Shown here in pieces: positions 7,584-16,784 of a stretch of DNA of 64,000 nucleotides. The stretch spans positions 1,196,943 to 1,260,942 of the forward strand of contig JAHPZA010000006.1 in the NCBI GenBank assembly GCA_019058445.1, in the 5' to 3' direction. The DNA comes from Promethearchaeota archaeon (GTDB taxonomy: Archaea; Asgardarchaeota; Lokiarchaeia; Sigyniarchaeales; SOKP01). Both the position numbers and the translations under genes were made by a program. The notes beneath the pieces were generated by a model. That model was not told the DNA's origin. It searched no databases and saw only the letters and a program-made list of their open reading frames with translations. The stretch's first letter is position 1, and each line of letters starts with the position of its first letter.

Positions 7584-10340
7584 TTGAGTATGATTGACTT
7601 CAAGAATTTACCACAGATACATGATCCACAAAAAATTGAGAAAGATATATATGAATGGTGGGAATCACAAGGATATTTCCGACCTGAAAAACAACGAGAA
7701 TTAGGGCTAGTAAATGAAAGCAGTCCTCGTTTTTGTATTACACTTCCTCCTCCAAATGTAACAGGAGTGCTACATCTAGGTCACGCAATTGTATTAACAA
7801 TTGAAGATCTGATGACTCGTTATGAGCGTATGAACCAAAGAGAAACTCTCTTTCTTCCAGGAACGGATCATGCAGGGATAGCTACGCAAAATGTAGTCGA
7901 GAGGGAATTAGATAAGAAAGGAATAAATCGGAAAAAGCTAGGAAGAACAAAATTTGTTGAGGAAGTATGGAAATGGAAAGATCGTTGTCAGGTAACCATT
8001 AGAGAGCAATCAAAAGGCATGGGATCTTCTTGCGATTGGACACGTGAAAGATTTACAATGGATGAGGAGTACAGTTTAGCAGTAAGAACTGCGTTTGTAC
8101 GACTATATCAAAAGCAGTTGATATATAGAGGAAAATATATGGTAAATTGGTGTCCGGGAAGGTGCGAATCGGCTATCTCTAACCTCGAAGCCGAACCTGA
8201 AGAGCATGAAAGTAATCTATGGTATTTAAAATATCCTATAAAAAATAAAAATTGGAAAGGACCAAGAGCAGAATGGGCTTCTGGAAAATGGGCTGAAGGA
8301 GCAAATGAATTCATAGAATTGGCAACTACCAGACCAGAGACATTATTAGGTGATACAGGAGTAGCAATCGCGCTAAACCACCCAGAATATTCAAAACTTG
8401 AAGGAAAAATGGCAATTCTACCGGTTTTAGGGCGGGAAATTCCTGTTTTTGAAGATTCCTATGTCGATCCTGAATTTGGTACAGGTGCACTAAAAATTAC
8501 TCCTGCTCATGATCCGAATGATTATGAAATAGGAATTAAAAAGGGTTTGGATTTTATTACAGTCATAGATAAAACAGGTCAGATGGTACCGAAATATTCA
8601 GGGAAATATGCGAATATGGATAGGTTTGAATGTAGAGAGGAAATTGTTAAAGATTTAAAAAAAGAGGGGCTGCTTTCCAAGATCGAACCATATTCTCATG
8701 CTATAGCCCATTGTCAAAGATGTAAAACAATAGTTGAACCTCGGATATCCACTCAATGGTTTGTAAGAACGAGAAATTTAGCGAGAGAAGCTATGGATGC
8801 TGTAAAAAGTGGATTAACACAGATGATCCCCGAACGTGAGGAAAGAAGATTCTATCAGTGGATGGAAAACATACGAGATTGGTGCATTAGTCGTCAATTA
8901 TGGTGGGGGCATCAAATTCCGGTATGGTACTGTACAAATGGGCATGAAATTTGTGAATTAGAAGCCCCAACAAAATGTCCTACTTGTGGAGACAAAAAAT
9001 TAAAGCAAGATGAGGATGTGTTGGATACTTGGTTTTCTTCAGGATTATGGCCGTTTGCAACCCTCGGTTGGCCAAATCTAGAAAGTAAAGACTTCTTAAG
9101 ATACTATCCGAATAATATGCGGGAAACTGCTTATGATATTCTATTCTTTTGGGTTGCTCGAGAAATGATGCTTGGAATTGAATTAACCAAAAGAACACCG
9201 TATAATAAAGTGTTTTTTCATGGGATTATAAGAGATGAGCATGGTCAAAAAATAAGCAAATCCATGGAAAATATTGATCAATATGACCCTTTAAATATAA
9301 TTGCACAATATGGGGCCGATCCGCTGAGGTTCACGTTTATATCCAATATTATTCCAAGTAAAGATTTAAATCTTAGTTCTGGAGCCCTTAAAGCATCTAA
9401 AAACTTCTGTAATAAGATTTGGCAGTCTACCAATTTTATTTTAGGTAATCTTGACAAAATCAAAAAATTAATTCCTTTTTCAATTGATTATCCAAGAGAA
9501 AAATTAGAGATTTCAGATAAATGGATTCTTTCTAATTTTACTAAAGTATTAAAGGACGTAAATAAGTTCTATGAAGAATATGATTATCTTAATGCTGCGA
9601 GATCACTACGTTCTTTTCTTTGGGATGAGTTTTGTGATTGGTATATTGAGACTTCAAAGATTAGAATATATGATGAAAATAAAAATGATAGAAATACCCC
9701 AATTGCTATTCTATTATATATTTTAGAAAATTGCTTACGTCTTTTACATCCAATAATACCTTTTATTACAGAAGCGTTGTGGCAGAATTTACCAGATTCA
9801 GTGAGAGAGGGTCCAGCGTTAATAGTAGCTAAATGGCCCGAACTGAATGAAACTTTAATTGATGAAACAATCGAGCAGGATTTTGAATTAATTAAAAATA
9901 TAATCCATGATATTAGACGGGTGAGAAGGGATTTTAATATCAAACCTGGTTTAAAAATCCCATTAATTATTCAGCCCGGGGATAAAAAAGATTTAATTAA
10001 TAGCGCATCTTCGGAGATTGCATTATTATCTCACATAGATCCAAATAAAATCACAATTGATGCATCTCAGATACCACAAAATTCAGCGAAAATTATTCAT
10101 GAGAATGTTGTAGTATATCTTCCCTTAGAAGACATAATTAATATAAAAGTTGAAAGAGAGCGTATATCGAAACAACTTTTAAAACTTGAGGAGCAAATTC
10201 AAAAAGTTGAAAAGAAATTAGAGAGCCCTTTTTCAAAAAAAGCACCTCCAGAGCTGGTGGAATTAGAAAAGGATAATTTAACTGAATTGAAAAACAAGAA
10301 AAATTCAATTAAAGAGCAATTAGAAGTCCTTAAACAATAA
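7584..10340 (+). CDS. valS: valine--tRNA ligase
   Basis: PPPNVTGVLHLGH (HIGH), GTDHAGIATQ, ATTRPET, DWCISRQLWWGH, KISKS, C-terminal coiled coil. Confidence 0.96.
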   Translation: MSMIDFKNLPQIHDPQKIEKDIYEWWESQGYFRPEKQRELGLVNESSPRFCITLPPPNVTGVLHLGHAIVLTIEDLMTRYERMNQRETLFLPGTDHAGIATQNVVERELDKKGINRKKLGRTKFVEEVWKWKDRCQVTIREQSKGMGSSCDWTRERFTMDEEYSLAVRTAFVRLYQKQLIYRGKYMVNWCPGRCESAISNLEAEPEEHESNLWYLKYPIKNKNWKGPRAEWASGKWAEGANEFIELATTRPETLLGDTGVAIALNHPEYSKLEGKMAILPVLGREIPVFEDSYVDPEFGTGALKITPAHDPNDYEIGIKKGLDFITVIDKTGQMVPKYSGKYANMDRFECREEIVKDLKKEGLLSKIEPYSHAIAHCQRCKTIVEPRISTQWFVRTRNLAREAMDAVKSGLTQMIPEREERRFYQWMENIRDWCISRQLWWGHQIPVWYCTNGHEICELEAPTKCPTCGDKKLKQDEDVLDTWFSSGLWPFATLGWPNLESKDFLRYYPNNMRETAYDILFFWVAREMMLGIELTKRTPYNKVFFHGIIRDEHGQKISKSMENIDQYDPLNIIAQYGADPLRFTFISNIIPSKDLNLSSGALKASKNFCNKIWQSTNFILGNLDKIKKLIPFSIDYPREKLEISDKWILSNFTKVLKDVNKFYEEYDYLNAARSLRSFLWDEFCDWYIETSKIRIYDENKNDRNTPIAILLYILENCLRLLHPIIPFITEALWQNLPDSVREGPALIVAKWPELNETLIDETIEQDFELIKNIIHDIRRVRRDFNIKPGLKIPLIIQPGDKKDLINSASSEIALLSHIDPNKITIDASQIPQNSAKIIHENVVVYLPLEDIINIKVERERISKQLLKLEEQIQKVEKKLESPFSKKAPPELVELEKDNLTELKNKKNSIKEQLEVLKQ

Positions 10341-10353
10341 AAATCTTTCAGTA

Positions 10354-11109
10354 TTAATCGCTATTAATATCATTATCTTTATTATCGTCGGAAGCAATAT
10401 TATCAAGGCCAAGTTGGGAAACCATGATTCTCTTCATTTCTTCTTTATTTTTAGGTAATCCAAACATTTCAGCATATTTATCTGTAGTAGTTAATTCATG
10501 AGATCTTCCTTTTTTAATAGCAAAAATTAAGTCATTATCAAGAAGATATTTAACATGTTCATAAGCTCCGCTCCCTCTTAGTTTAATAACTAAAGATTTA
10601 AGAATTGGCTGTTTTAATGCGATTACTGTTAAGGTTCTTAAGTATCTCTCGGCAATTGCCCCTCCTTTCGCAAATTTTGAAACTTTTTCAATAAATTCTG
10701 TTCTAAGAGCCATTTGGAAATCCTCACCAACCTTATTTATTACGAGAGCAGTGGATCGTTCTAGATACTCGAAAGCAAGTTCATTTATCAACTCTTCAAC
10801 TTCTTTTTTTGGAATCTCCAACCTTGTGTTTAATTCTTCAATACTTAAAGATCTACCCGAAACATAAAGAGAAGCTTCAATAAGATTTTTATGATAGTCT
10901 TTCACTTGTCTTGCAATCAGCTCTTTATCTGTTTCAACTGAATCCGATATAAGGCTTGTATTTTTATCATCGCTAATTTCGGTTTCATTAATTTCTTCAA
11001 TAGTTTCATCAGTTGTTTCCATACTTAGTTCATTAACCTCATCTTCTGGAGGTATTTCATTATCTTTCTTTTCAGAATCATCTTTTATTTCCTCATTAAA
11101 CTCATCCAT
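10354..11109 (-). CDS. scpB: segregation/condensation protein B (KITE), acidic N-terminal extension
   Basis: IEASLYVSG, TLTVIALKQPI, RG...HVKYL, TTDKYAEMFGL; operon with smc and scpA; ATG at 11109. Confidence 0.9.
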   Translation of the reverse strand: MDEFNEEIKDDSEKKDNEIPPEDEVNELSMETTDETIEEINETEISDDKNTSLISDSVETDKELIARQVKDYHKNLIEASLYVSGRSLSIEELNTRLEIPKKEVEELINELAFEYLERSTALVINKVGEDFQMALRTEFIEKVSKFAKGGAIAERYLRTLTVIALKQPILKSLVIKLRGSGAYEHVKYLLDNDLIFAIKKGRSHELTTTDKYAEMFGLPKNKEEMKRIMVSQLGLDNIASDDNKDNDINSD

Positions 11110-11137
11110 ACACAATCATCCTCTCTTTTGAATTTTT

Positions 11138-12136
11138 TTATTTCATACTAATTGAGATATCTTTGAACTCATCTGCTTGAAAAAGAGTTAATTTATTTCC
11201 AGTACTTAAAAACATTAATGCTAAAAACATTCTTACAAATGCAAATTTCCTCCCGATAGTACTTTCTTCTTCATTTTTTATTATATGTAATAGATCAAAA
11301 AAACTAGAATCTTTATTATTTAAATTAATCGTAGCTTTTATTCGATTATACCAACTTTCATGTAATTCCTCAACAGTTTGTTCTTTTCCGCTTATATGTT
11401 TTAAGAGTTCTTTGGGTAATTTCGCTTGAGATAACCTTCTCAGACGTTTTTGCTTTTGTTCTTCTTGTCTTAAGCGTCTCCTCCTTAATTTTTCTTTCTT
11501 TTGCATGGTTTCAATAATTGCAGCTCTCATAGCCTCAAATAATTCATCTTTAGTTGCTATTTGCATTTTAGGGCTAATTGGTTGAGGTAATGACTTAGGA
11601 ATTGTTCTTGAATGACGTTGTCTCAATTTTTCGAGTTCTTCCATCTTTTGAATTTGTTCCTCCTCTCGAATTATGCTAGAGATTTTAAAATGGTGCAAAT
11701 TTGCTGCCGTTCTTAATGCTATTCCAGAAATCTTGTAATTTATGAGCTCTTCTTCAAGCATATGATCAAAAAATTTATCTACTAATGCTGAGAGATCATA
11801 AAATGCGACTTGAGAATCTTTAGCTAAGTCAAGATCCAGTAATACCCTATATTTTGGTTTTTGCCAAAACTTTGGTTCAGCCTTGTCCCTTTGTATAAGA
11901 GGGGATTCTTCATCCTCTTCTTCAAAACCAGCAATTAATTCCTCTTCTAATTCTTCTTCTTGGGTTCGATCTACGAAATCGGGACTAGTTACTACGCCTT
12001 TTACTAACTCAACTATATCCTTCTTTTTCGCTTTTGATGGAATTTTAATATTGTTTTTATTACAAAATTCTCTTAACTGCTTAACTGTCCATTTATTAAA
12101 ATCAGTTTTTTCATTGATTTTTTCTTGATCTGAAAT
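11138..12136 (-). CDS. scpA: ScpA kleisin with N-terminal SAP/HeH-like module; probable ATT start
   Basis: Frame open 125 codons upstream of ATG 11761, back to ATT 12136 preceded by AGGTGA-N6; SGIALRTAANLHHFK (kleisin N helix) and FLALMFL...QADEFKDI (C-terminal wHTH). Confidence 0.85.
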   Translation of the reverse strand: MSDQEKINEKTDFNKWTVKQLREFCNKNNIKIPSKAKKKDIVELVKGVVTSPDFVDRTQEEELEEELIAGFEEEDEESPLIQRDKAEPKFWQKPKYRVLLDLDLAKDSQVAFYDLSALVDKFFDHMLEEELINYKISGIALRTAANLHHFKISSIIREEEQIQKMEELEKLRQRHSRTIPKSLPQPISPKMQIATKDELFEAMRAAIIETMQKKEKLRRRRLRQEEQKQKRLRRLSQAKLPKELLKHISGKEQTVEELHESWYNRIKATINLNNKDSSFFDLLHIIKNEEESTIGRKFAFVRMFLALMFLSTGNKLTLFQADEFKDISISMK

Positions 12137-12167
12137 AGTATCTCACCTTTTGCTTAAAATTTTTAGA

Positions 12168-15100
12168 TTAATTTTCCACTTTAGGAGGGACATCTTCTAA
12201 TTCCAACAATCTTTTCGCTTCTTCTTCTAAATCGACACTGAAAATATCTGTAATGCCCGATTGTTGCATAGAAACTCCGTAAATACGGTCTGCATTCACT
12301 ATATTTTCTTCTCTATGACTAATTACAAGGAATTGTGCCTGATCAGAGAATTCTTGTATTACAGTGCTAACGCGGTGAACATTCGGTCCATCAAGTGCCG
12401 CATCGATCTCATCCATTATATAAAATGGTGCGGGGTAAAATTCTTGGACGGCAAAGATAAAAGATAAAGCTACTAAGGTTTTCTCACCTCCGCTAAGAAT
12501 CTCCAATGAGGAGATCTTTTTTCCTCGAGGACGAGCTTCGATAGATATACCCCCTTCAAATGGTTTATCCGGTCTGTCAAGTATCATTTTAGCTGAGCCC
12601 CCAGGGGAGAGTTTCTGGAACACAGCACTAAACACTCTATTGATCTCATGATAAGCTGTCATAAATGTCCTTGTCTTTTCCAATTCTATCTTGTCTATCG
12701 CATCCAAAATAGACTTTCTTTCGCGCTGTATAGTCTGTCTGCGCATATCAATTTCATCGAATCTCTCCTTAACGGTATCATATTGTTCGATTGCTTTTAA
12801 ATTAACGGGCTCTAAGGCTCTTTTCTTTTTATTCGCAAGTGACATATCAGATTGTAATCCTTCCTCCGATAAATCCTCGGTTAAGGGGGGTAAGGTTCCA
12901 TAATCTTTAGATCTCTCGTATAGTGTTTCTATTTGATCTGCACAAATAATTTTTTTTGATTCATAATTATTCTTTTTAGAATTTTCCATAGAACGATCCG
13001 ATTTTAAATCAGTAATAACTTTTTGGTAATTTTTTTGTTTTTTCCATGATTCATCCTTTTCATTTATTAATTTATCAATTTCCTGTTGTTTCTCATCCTT
13101 TTTCTTAGTTTCTTCAATTAACTGATAATCAATTTTTTCTATTTCTTTTACTGTTAATTCTACTTGATTTTCAGTGTTTTTGATATCTTCATTATATATA
13201 ATGATTTGTTCTTCTCTTTCTTTATTTTTATGAATTTCATTTAGTTTTCCTTGGGTTTTTTGCAAGTTTTTATTAAATTTGTTTAAATTTTGTTGCGCTG
13301 TTTTTTGAGCCTCCAATTCTTTTTCTTTTTCTCCTCGAAAGGTATCAATAATTTTTTGGATTTCATCTATGTTTTTTTGAATTTCTTCAACTTCAGAATT
13401 AAAGGTTTGTATATTTTTATGACTCTCTTCAATATTTTTATTGGCATCCATGTTTTCCTTAGTTATTTCTTCGATGGAATTAATAATTCTCATAACATTA
13501 TCTAGTGCTCTTAGTTTATCCCTTATCTCTTCTAATTTTTTGTTTTCTTCATCAATTTCTTTTTGTATGTTTTCAATAATTTCCCAGAATTTTTCTTTAT
13601 TTCCCGCAAGATTTTGAATTTCTTTATCTAAGGAGGTTAAATCTAATTCTACTTTATTTATACTCCCTTCTGTGAGAAGGATTTGAGCTTTTTTCTCCTC
13701 ATTATTTTTATTTAAATTATTTATGCTATTGTCTAATTCATTAATATTTTCATATAAATTTTGAATCCCCTGAAGCTCCTGAAGTTTTTCTTGAATATTA
13801 TCATACTCCTTTTGAGCTTTATCAATCTCATCTTGAATCTCAGATATCTCTTTCCAATAATTATCTTTAATATTTTTTAATTCATTTATATCATTATTAA
13901 TTTGTTCGAGATCACTTCCTTTTTCATTTATGCTGGCATTTCTCTCATTAATTTCGAGGGTATATTTTTCAATCCTCTCATTGATCTCCTTAATTCTTTT
14001 ATCAACCTCCTCCAGTCTTTTGTTTGAGATGGTAAGATTCTCGGTATCATGTGTTTTTTTAAGATTAATTTCCGTTAAATTTTTCTCAACCTCAGTTAAA
14101 TCATCCTCTTGAGTTTTAATGCTACTAGAAATTTCTTCCATTTGTTTGTAAAGTTCTTGAGATTTTGACATGGTTAGTTTTCTTAGGGAGATATGGACAT
14201 TTTCTAATATTTCCATTAAATCCATAACAAAAGCATCAAAATTGGAGGTCGATTCATGTACTGCCACATCAGCAGATTCTTTAACTTTACTAATAAGGTG
14301 TGTTATTGTGGAGTCCGCATTATCTGTAAATAAAGTTAACGTTTGTAATATCGAGTCAAGCATGTTTGACATTTCAGCCATTTCTTCACTCTCACTACTA
14401 ACGCTCTCCATAGTTTTCATTATATCAATAATATCTAACACGAATTTTTTAAAATCTTCGGCAGAAGTTTCAATAGCTTCAGCATTAGACTGTTGTATAT
14501 TGGCCTTAATAGATTCTACTGATACGTTTATATTTTGAGTGAGCATGTTTAAAATTTGAAGTATTCCGGTTACATCGTCTTTACTTTTATCATACTCTTC
14601 CTCTGAATTTTCTATCTTTTTTAAAAGAGCTTCTTTTTCTTTTGTAAGCTCATCTAAACGTCTTTGGATATTCTCTTTTTTAATGATAAATGTCTCTGAA
14701 TCTTTCTCAGATTTTGAAATATTAGTATTTAAGCTACTTACACTTAAATCTAAATTACGTTTCTCGCGCTCTAAATTAGTTAATTCTTTCTTAAATATTT
14801 TTAATTCAGTATTCATATTAGAAATCTTGCCTTGATTATCAATAATCTCGGCATCAATAGCCTCTTTTTTTAAATTTAGTAACTCTAAATTTTGTTCATT
14901 CTTTCGATAAGCAGAATCTTCATCTTTGGATTTCTTTTTTAAATCGCTTAAGTTTTTAAGGATATTTTCCTTTTCATGTAGGAGAGCCTTTACAATTTCC
15001 TCTATTTCTTTACCCTTGCTCAATTCCTCGATCTTTTGGATAGTTCTTTCTTTTTTTTGGTTTGCCTTTTTAATACTTTCATTATTCATCTTAATTTCAG

Positions 15101-16622
15101 TAGTTAATGAAGATAATGTCGATTTTAAATCAGTTAACTTAGAGTTTAAAGCAGTTTTTTTGGTTTGAACCAAATTAATATCATTTTCCAGATTTCTCTG
15201 TTTCAGATTTTCATCTGAGATTTTAACTTTAAGCTGCTCAATTTTTGTTTTAATTTCATTTTCAATATTTATAGTAGCTTTTCTTGCTTCTTCTATACTT
15301 TCATGATCTCCTTTTAATGATTCTAATTCAACCTCTAATTTTTCTTTTTTAATTTCATTCTTTTTTATATTATCTTTAAGCACCTTAATTTTTGATTCAT
15401 TAGATGAAATATTTTGTTTCACTTTTGATATCTCTGAGTTGAACTTAGATTTTTCATCTTCATTACTTTTAATTTTATTATCTAGTTCTGCTTGATTTTG
15501 TTGTCGTTTTTCAATTTCCTTTTTTGCCTCTTCAATTCTATTTTCTATTTCAGCGATATCTTTCGTTACATCTTCTATTAGGGAGTCAAATGTCTGACCC
15601 TCTTCGAGTTTCATTAAAAGTTTTTCTAATTGTTCTTTATCAATAGTTAATTTCTCAATTGACTTTTTTGCAATGCTCAAGGTTGTCTGGTTTGATGATA
15701 ATTCAGTTTTTGTTTGGGTGATAGCTTCATTTAACTCTTCTCTTTCTTTTTCTTTAACATTTATGTTACTTTGTATATTATCCATAACCAGGGATTCTTG
15801 TTTTAATAGTTCTTCTTGTCTCGTAATTTTTTCTTCAAATTCTTCCAATACTTTATTAACATCTTCAATTTTCCTATCTAATTCTTCTTCTTCTTTCTGA
15901 TATTGTGCAATTTTTAAAGCAAGTAACTGAGCATTATAAAAATTAATTTTATCATCAAGTTCTTTCCATGCTAAGGCGTCATTTTTCTCTTTTTCAACTT
16001 TTTTTAGTTGAGTAGATACCTCCTTAAAGATTGCTTCGAATTGTCCCAAATCTCGTTCAGCTTTTTCTAACTCTTTCAAGGTAGAATCTTTCATTTCGTC
16101 ATATTTTTGGAGGCCAATTAATTCTTCGATAAATTTACGTCTATCCTCTGAATTCATATGAGTTAATTCAACTATCTTCCCTTGTAATACAAATTGATTG
16201 CTACCATCAGGATCAACATTTGCAGTTGCCAACGCATTAAGAATTTGTTGTCTTGTTGCCTTTTTTTCATTCATTTTATATCCCCCACCTCCGCCCCTTT
16301 TAATGATTCTGGTAATTGTAAAATCCCCATCACTACCACCTGGAAAAATTCCATCTGAATTGTCAAAATGTATAGTAACCGAAGCGCGATTAGAAGGGTT
16401 CTTTCCTCTTGAACCTGCAAATATTAAATCTTCTAAACTTTTTGCACGCATTGTTTTTTTACTTAATCTCCCTAATGCAAAACATAAGGCATCAATAATG
16501 TTGGATTTTCCAGCACCATTCGGTCCTACTATGCAGGTAAACCCACTTGAAAGTTTAATTGTAACCGTCCGATCTCCAAAGCTTTTAAACCCACTCATGG
16601 ACACTTTTTTAATATAGGTCAG
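12168..16622 (-). CDS. smc: chromosome segregation protein SMC (long, atypical hinge); probable CTG start
   Basis: (M)TYIKKVSMSGFKSF, GPNGAGKSN Walker A, VLQG Q-loop, PVNLKA, LSGGEK signature, MDEIDAALD, ISH; SD GAGGAGA 7 nt before CTG 16622. Confidence 0.95.
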   Translation of the reverse strand: MTYIKKVSMSGFKSFGDRTVTIKLSSGFTCIVGPNGAGKSNIIDALCFALGRLSKKTMRAKSLEDLIFAGSRGKNPSNRASVTIHFDNSDGIFPGGSDGDFTITRIIKRGGGGGYKMNEKKATRQQILNALATANVDPDGSNQFVLQGKIVELTHMNSEDRRKFIEELIGLQKYDEMKDSTLKELEKAERDLGQFEAIFKEVSTQLKKVEKEKNDALAWKELDDKINFYNAQLLALKIAQYQKEEEELDRKIEDVNKVLEEFEEKITRQEELLKQESLVMDNIQSNINVKEKEREELNEAITQTKTELSSNQTTLSIAKKSIEKLTIDKEQLEKLLMKLEEGQTFDSLIEDVTKDIAEIENRIEEAKKEIEKRQQNQAELDNKIKSNEDEKSKFNSEISKVKQNISSNESKIKVLKDNIKKNEIKKEKLEVELESLKGDHESIEEARKATINIENEIKTKIEQLKVKISDENLKQRNLENDINLVQTKKTALNSKLTDLKSTLSSLTTEIKMNNESIKKANQKKERTIQKIEELSKGKEIEEIVKALLHEKENILKNLSDLKKKSKDEDSAYRKNEQNLELLNLKKEAIDAEIIDNQGKISNMNTELKIFKKELTNLEREKRNLDLSVSSLNTNISKSEKDSETFIIKKENIQRRLDELTKEKEALLKKIENSEEEYDKSKDDVTGILQILNMLTQNINVSVESIKANIQQSNAEAIETSAEDFKKFVLDIIDIMKTMESVSSESEEMAEMSNMLDSILQTLTLFTDNADSTITHLISKVKESADVAVHESTSNFDAFVMDLMEILENVHISLRKLTMSKSQELYKQMEEISSSIKTQEDDLTEVEKNLTEINLKKTHDTENLTISNKRLEEVDKRIKEINERIEKYTLEINERNASINEKGSDLEQINNDINELKNIKDNYWKEISEIQDEIDKAQKEYDNIQEKLQELQGIQNLYENINELDNSINNLNKNNEEKKAQILLTEGSINKVELDLTSLDKEIQNLAGNKEKFWEIIENIQKEIDEENKKLEEIRDKLRALDNVMRIINSIEEITKENMDANKNIEESHKNIQTFNSEVEEIQKNIDEIQKIIDTFRGEKEKELEAQKTAQQNLNKFNKNLQKTQGKLNEIHKNKEREEQIIIYNEDIKNTENQVELTVKEIEKIDYQLIEETKKKDEKQQEIDKLINEKDESWKKQKNYQKVITDLKSDRSMENSKKNNYESKKIICADQIETLYERSKDYGTLPPLTEDLSEEGLQSDMSLANKKKRALEPVNLKAIEQYDTVKERFDEIDMRRQTIQRERKSILDAIDKIELEKTRTFMTAYHEINRVFSAVFQKLSPGGSAKMILDRPDKPFEGGISIEARPRGKKISSLEILSGGEKTLVALSFIFAVQEFYPAPFYIMDEIDAALDGPNVHRVSTVIQEFSDQAQFLVISHREENIVNADRIYGVSMQQSGITDIFSVDLEEEAKRLLELEDVPPKVEN

Positions 16623-16784
16623 AATTAGATCTCCTCTTATTCCATAGTTATTAAAAATATAGAAAAATGCAAGTTTAAATCTTTTTTTTTTAATTCGAAA
16701 ATAAGTTAATTTTCAGTTACTTAATTTTTTTAATAATAAAAACCTTTAATCTCATCAAAAAAAAAAATAATTGGAATTTTTTAG

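Noticed and set aside
11883-16617. Several plus-strand ORFs opposite smc/scpA
   Set aside because: S/F/L/I-rich antisense shadows of E/K-rich coding sequence. The same applies to the other short overlapping ORFs in the track.
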